Positions 59,638-64,000 of a stretch of DNA of 64,000 nucleotides are shown here, one piece after another. The notes under the pieces are model-generated. The model worked only from the letters and a program-made list of their open reading frames with translations, was not told the DNA's origin and did not search any database. Numbering within the stretch: the stretch's first letter is position 1; every line of letters begins with the position of its first letter. The DNA comes from Flavobacteriales bacterium (GTDB lineage Bacteria; Bacteroidota; Bacteroidia; Flavobacteriales; UBA7430), in NCBI GenBank assembly GCA_022425195.1, contig JAKMFX010000010.1:1814-65813 (forward strand), in the 5' to 3' direction. The position numbers and the translations under genes are program-made.

Positions 59638-60435
59638 CTAATTAAATAATGGGCTCAGCCGGTAAAAGTAAATGTAATATGCGGGTAGACAAAATAAGAT
59701 GGAGTCAAATCGATCTAAAATACCACCATGCCCCGGAAGTAGAGCCCCTGAGTCTTTGAGCCCAGATGCTCGCTTTAGCATGGATTGAAATAGATCGCCC
59801 GCGGTTCCTACAAATACGGTGAGTATCCCCAGGCCTATCCATTCTAATGATGACAGGCCAAATCCGGTGATGGACAGTAAGTATCCCGTTGCAGCGGTCA
59901 GTACTACTGAGCCCCAAAAGCCTTCCCAAGTTTTTTTAGGCGAGAGTCTTTCAAATAATTTATGCTTTCCAAATAGGCTTCCAGAAACAAAGGCCCAAGA
60001 GTCTGACGACCAGATAAGGATGAAAAGCCCCATGAGGGTGTTGGATTGGTAATTAGAGCTCTCAGTTGCTACAGAAATGGCCAGTGCAAGGGGGATGAAA
60101 AGGTATACTACGGCAAAAAGGGAAGTGCCCAATTGCTGCAGAGGGTTTTTTGATTTTTGATACAGTTGCACGATGAAATAAGCGAAAACTCCCGTGTATA
60201 GTAGGAATTGAAGCACTGGGTAAATAATAGATGTATAGGCCAATAGTCCTAAGATTAGGGCCGGGCAAAGATCGAAATCAAGCCCTTGCTTTTCGATCAT
60301 TTTTTTGAGTTCAAAAGTTCCAAGTATGCCCACCAATGCAAACAAAAGACCGATGGATAGGGGGTGTAATGTGGCCGAAAGCATCAATACAACATAGGCA
60401 AAGCCCGTGGGCAGACGTCTTGTTAAATCTTTCAT
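59638..60435 (-). CDS. cdsA: Phosphatidate cytidylyltransferase
   Basis: SPKKTWEG, GDLFQSMLKR, KDSG..LPGHGGILDRFDS. Confidence 0.96.
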   Translation of the reverse strand: MKDLTRRLPTGFAYVVLMLSATLHPLSIGLLFALVGILGTFELKKMIEKQGLDFDLCPALILGLLAYTSIIYPVLQFLLYTGVFAYFIVQLYQKSKNPLQQLGTSLFAVVYLFIPLALAISVATESSNYQSNTLMGLFILIWSSDSWAFVSGSLFGKHKLFERLSPKKTWEGFWGSVVLTAATGYLLSITGFGLSSLEWIGLGILTVFVGTAGDLFQSMLKRASGLKDSGALLPGHGGILDRFDSILFCLPAYYIYFYRLSPLFN

Positions 60436-61061
60436 CGATGTTCTTTGTAGTCCTCGATGAGGAAGATGTACAAATCTTTAGCCCGGTCGCTGTCACTCAT
60501 CGTAGTAATCGAATCTTTGGTTCGTATGGTCGTTACTAGAGAAGGTCTTGATTTGCCGTATTTGTTTTGGATGCCACGAAGCCCCTCGCTGATGTTTTTT
60601 ACAATCTGTGAGGTGTAAGCCACAATGATTAAAACCTCAGGAAGGTGTTCAATTTTTAGATTTCGGGTTTGCGCTCCGGAGACCATCACCGACCCATTAA
60701 ATGCGATTAAGAATTCGCAGTTGCTGATGCTTGAATCTGCTTTTTGGTAATCTCCCTCAAAGTTCAGATGTGTGGGCTGAAGCATTTCTTTGAGTTCATC
60801 ATTTCCACAATAAGGCAAGTCCCAGTGATTCTCTTTTAGTAGATGTTTTAAGTGGGTGAAGAATGTTTGTTGGTCGTCACAATAAAAGAATTTTCCTCCT
60901 CGAGAGGTAAATGTCTTTGCAAAAGTAACGTCGGCAGGGTCGTTCGGGTTGGGCGCAAACTTATCTGCTTCTTCTTGTTCCTCCTTATTCAATTCCTTTT
61001 TTGACTCAGATAAGGAGGGGATTACTTTGTGTATAAACTTATTGAACAGGTTTTTCTTCAT
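60432..61061 (-). CDS. LUD (LutC/YkgG-like) domain protein
   Basis: GGKFFYC, CEFLIA.NGS, LP...I; overlaps the ftsH end by 23 nt. Confidence 0.7.
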   Translation of the reverse strand: MKKNLFNKFIHKVIPSLSESKKELNKEEQEEADKFAPNPNDPADVTFAKTFTSRGGKFFYCDDQQTFFTHLKHLLKENHWDLPYCGNDELKEMLQPTHLNFEGDYQKADSSISNCEFLIAFNGSVMVSGAQTRNLKIEHLPEVLIIVAYTSQIVKNISEGLRGIQNKYGKSRPSLVTTIRTKDSITTMSDSDRAKDLYIFLIEDYKEHR

Positions 61062-63108
61062 TCTCTTTTGCCGGCTCAGGGTCTTCGTCTTTAGCCAAAA
61101 CTTTTTCGGTATCCGTACTAGGATTCAAAGTAACTTTTTCTTCTTTATCCCAAGGTCTTTTTCCAAAGATTTTTTCCAAATCTTCTTTAAAAATGACTTC
61201 TTTGGTCAGAAGTTCCTCTGCTAATTTAGTCAAAGAATCTTTATGTTGCTCTAATACTTCCAAAGCTTTTGCGTAGGCGTCCTCAGAGAGGGCTTTTACT
61301 TCCTCGTCAATGGTGCGAGCTGTTTGCTCACTATAAGGTTTGTTAAAGCCTGAGTTTTGTCCGGAAGAATCGTAATAAGAAATGTTTCCAATTTTTTCGC
61401 TAAGTCCGTAAACGGTAACCATGGCTGTTGCTTGGCGCGTTACTTTTTCTAGATCACTGAGTGCCCCTGTAGAGACTTTTCCAAATATAATTTGCTCCGC
61501 AGCTCGTCCACCCAAGGTAGCGCACATCTCGTCCATCATTTGTTCTTTGGTGGTGATTTGACGCTCTTCTGGAAGGTACCATGCAGCTCCCAGTGACTTT
61601 CCTCTCGGCACGATGGTTACTTTTACCAATGGTGCTGCATGTTCTAACATCCAACTTACGGTTGCGTGACCCGCCTCGTGAAAAGCTATCACCTCGCGTT
61701 CTTTCTTAGAAATGATTTTGTTTTTCTTTTCTAAACCACCAATGATACGATCGACAGCATCCAAGAAGTCTTGTTTCTCAACGAATTTCTTGTCCTGACG
61801 TGCTGCAATTAATGCGGCTTCATTACACATGTTCGCGATGTCTGCTCCTGAGAAGCCTGGTGTCTGCGAAGCGAGGAAATCAACATCTAGGTTTTTATTG
61901 GTTTTCAGAGGCTTCAAATGCACACTGAAGATTTCTTTGCGTTCCATCAGCTCTGGGAGGTCTACATATATCTGTCGATCAAAACGTCCTGCACGAACGA
62001 GGGCTCTGTCTAATATGTCTGCCCGGTTGGTCGCAGCGACGACTATGACGTGATCATTGGTGCCAAAACCGTCCATTTCAGTGAGCAATTGGTTGAGTGT
62101 ATTTTCACGCTCGTCATTCGATCCGGTCACTTGGTTTTTACCCCGCGCTCTACCAATGGCATCAATCTCATCGATGAATATAATGGCTGGGGCCTTTTCT
62201 TTGGCTTTTTTAAATAAATCTCGTACTCTGGAAGCACCCACTCCGACAAACATTTCCACAAAGTCGGATCCCGAAAGTGAAAAGAAAGGGGCTTTGGCTT
62301 CTCCTGCTACAGCTTTGGCCAAAAGTGTTTTCCCTGTTCCTGGAGGTCCTACCAGTAGTGCACCCCTTGGGATTTTACCCCCGAGCTTGGTGTACTTGTC
62401 TGGATTTTTAAGGAAGTTTACAATTTCCTGAACTTCTTCTTTGGCACCTTCCAAGCCAGCGACATCGTTAAACGTGGTTTTTACTTCCGACTCGTTGTCG
62501 AACAATTTGGCTTGTGATTTCCCAATGTTGAAAATTTGAGAACCGGCACCACCGGCACCACCACCACTCATTCGGCGCATGAAAAAGAGCCATACAAGTA
62601 TTAGGAAGATGAAGGGCATCCAGGCCCAAAAGCTGTCCCAAATACTTTGTTCGTTGTTGTAAAAGATTTGTACGTTTTCACTCTTGGTGAACTGAAACTC
62701 TTCTTGTGCCTCTTCAATTTTTGCTTCAAATACTTCAGAAGTCCCAATTTTAATGATGTAGTGTGGCCCTTTATTTAGGCCTTCACCAAAAACAGGTTTG
62801 CTAACCGCCTCATGTCTTCGCTCCGTTAGAGCAGACTCTTTGATGTATATGTTAGCAATGCTTTTGTTTTGGATGATTTCGATACGATCGACATCCTTGT
62901 TTTTGAGGTACTCATAAATGAGTGTTCGTCGATCGGTCTCTTGGCTCGATGAGCTCAAGTCGTTGGTGAACAACATGGAAACCATGAAGAAGGCAATGAT
63001 TCCGTAAATCCAGTACAAATTGAATTTAGGGATCTGTCCTTTCTTATTATTTGGCTTTTTTCTCCCTTTGTTAGGGGCTTTTTTATTGGAAGTATTTTTC
63101 TTTGCCAT
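61039..63108 (-). CDS. ftsH: ATP-dependent zinc metalloprotease FtsH
   Basis: Two TM segments, [22 protein letters not shown] zinc motif. Confidence 0.98.
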   Translation of the reverse strand: MAKKNTSNKKAPNKGRKKPNNKKGQIPKFNLYWIYGIIAFFMVSMLFTNDLSSSSQETDRRTLIYEYLKNKDVDRIEIIQNKSIANIYIKESALTERRHEAVSKPVFGEGLNKGPHYIIKIGTSEVFEAKIEEAQEEFQFTKSENVQIFYNNEQSIWDSFWAWMPFIFLILVWLFFMRRMSGGGAGGAGSQIFNIGKSQAKLFDNESEVKTTFNDVAGLEGAKEEVQEIVNFLKNPDKYTKLGGKIPRGALLVGPPGTGKTLLAKAVAGEAKAPFFSLSGSDFVEMFVGVGASRVRDLFKKAKEKAPAIIFIDEIDAIGRARGKNQVTGSNDERENTLNQLLTEMDGFGTNDHVIVVAATNRADILDRALVRAGRFDRQIYVDLPELMERKEIFSVHLKPLKTNKNLDVDFLASQTPGFSGADIANMCNEAALIAARQDKKFVEKQDFLDAVDRIIGGLEKKNKIISKKEREVIAFHEAGHATVSWMLEHAAPLVKVTIVPRGKSLGAAWYLPEERQITTKEQMMDEMCATLGGRAAEQIIFGKVSTGALSDLEKVTRQATAMVTVYGLSEKIGNISYYDSSGQNSGFNKPYSEQTARTIDEEVKALSEDAYAKALEVLEQHKDSLTKLAEELLTKEVIFKEDLEKIFGKRPWDKEEKVTLNPSTDTEKVLAKDEDPEPAKENEEKPVQ

Positions 63109-63109
63109 C

Positions 63110-63484
63110 TTAGTATGCTGCGTTTATTTCAGTTATTTCTGCATCTCCCCACAACTCTTCTAGTGCGTAGTAGTCTCTAACGGGAGTTTGGAAGATGTGT
63201 GCGACTACATTTACATAGTCCATCAAGATCCACTCAGCGGAGTCGGTTCCTTCTTTGTTCCAAGCTTTGTCGCCAAGCGTTTCAAGGGTTTCTTTTTGAA
63301 CGGAGTCTGCTATCGCGTTGACCTGCGTGTTGGAGTTTGCATTGCTGATGACGAAGTAGTCACAAACGGAATTGTCAATTTCTCTTAAATCTATAACCGT
63401 TATGTTTTCGGCTTTTTTTTCTTGCATGCCCTTTACGATGACATCCACAAGTGCTTTAATTTTTAAGGTTTGGTTTTCCTTCAT
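63110..63484 (-). CDS. rsfS: Ribosome silencing factor
   Basis: KKAENI, DYFVI, WILMDY, HIF, YYALEELW. Confidence 0.95.
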   Translation of the reverse strand: MKENQTLKIKALVDVIVKGMQEKKAENITVIDLREIDNSVCDYFVISNANSNTQVNAIADSVQKETLETLGDKAWNKEGTDSAEWILMDYVNVVAHIFQTPVRDYYALEELWGDAEITEINAAY

Positions 63485-63507
63485 TCAGCTGAGACTAGTT
63501 TAGTTTG

Positions 63508-63569
63508 CAAAAATAATGCTTTTAAACGGATTATAATTCTACTAAAGGTAGTAAATTACCTTAAGTTTG
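63508..63569. promoter_or_regulatory. Divergent -7 elements for rsfS and birA
   Basis: Minus strand TATTTTTG at 63508-63515; plus strand TAAGTTTG at 63562-63569. Confidence 0.55.
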
Positions 63570-63602
63570 ACTTCTCAATTTAAGTTGATTAACCGCCTGA
63601 TG

Positions 63603-64000
63603 ATGGAAACCCTTTTTGTCGGAAAGAATACCTTTAAGTTTGATGAGATTCCATCCACCAATGATTGGTTGATGAACCATCTGTTAGAACAGAAGTTGAC
63701 AGAAGGAACCCTCGTGCTTGCAAAGTATCAAACACAGGGCAAGGGCCAGCGAGGGTCGTCATGGGAAGCCGAAGCCTCCAAGTCATTAACGTTTAGCATT
63801 TTATTCAAACCCCATTTCTTGAAATTGGCACAAGCCTTTGATATGAGCATCTGCGTTGCGCTTGCTCTACACGATTGCCTCAGCGAGTTGCGTCCTGGGT
63901 TTTCCATCAAGTGGCCCAATGATATTTATTTTGAAGATCAGAAAATTGCGGGCATCCTCATCGAAAATCAGATCAGTAAATCTACTTATCAGCACGCGGT
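63603..64000 (+). CDS. birA: Biotin--[acetyl-CoA carboxylase] ligase (3'-truncated; missing from the ORF track)
   Basis: Own translation: METLFVG...PSTN...QTQGKGQRG..W...KWPND...KIAGILIEN; no N-terminal HTH. Confidence 0.95.
   Translation, partial: METLFVGKNTFKFDEIPSTNDWLMNHLLEQKLTEGTLVLAKYQTQGKGQRGSSWEAEASKSLTFSILFKPHFLKLAQAFDMSICVALALHDCLSELRPGFSIKWPNDIYFEDQKIAGILIENQISKSTYQHA

Noticed and set aside
63728-63919. 63-aa minus-strand ORF
   Set aside because: Antisense to the truncated birA gene.

Overview
Mostly core-genome DNA of a Bacteroidota bacterium, most like Flavobacteriales. Evidence for this: TAnnTTTG promoters, A-rich starts without Shine-Dalgarno motifs, and T9SS/gliding genes. 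In order, the window holds: the 3' end of sprA and two T9SS cargo genes; pheT-clpX-folK; ompA; a SpoU methylase; mutS; tRNA-Gly and tRNA-Leu followed by an AT-rich glycosyltransferase pair; yihA and a hydrolase; the dcw cluster (mraZ to ftsZ, yqeY); miaB-sigma54 activator-lptE-TPR-secG-groES-groEL; topA; an arginase-like gene with porP-gldKLMN; an oxidoreductase and an ABC-F; an accessory block (two secreted proteins sharing an unnamed domain, plus an AprA-like methyltransferase); era-der; tRNA-fMet; rsfS-ftsH-LUD-cdsA-psd; and the start of birA. I found no CRISPR array, integrase or transposase. The best leads are all inferences from motifs read by eye. (1) A possible sigma54 chaperone circuit: a sensor-less activator, a TGACA-N3-TGTCA palindrome on the promoter of its own operon, and similar boxes plus a -24/-12-like promoter at groES. 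(2) A candidate sRNA of about 70 nt whose 5' end is antisense to a start-codon region. (3) A stand-alone AprA-type metal-dependent methyltransferase with no PKS nearby. (4) A shared GWN...NGIG domain in two neighbouring secreted proteins. (5) Probably leaderless clpX and tRNA-fMet transcripts. (6) A heptamer repeat array.
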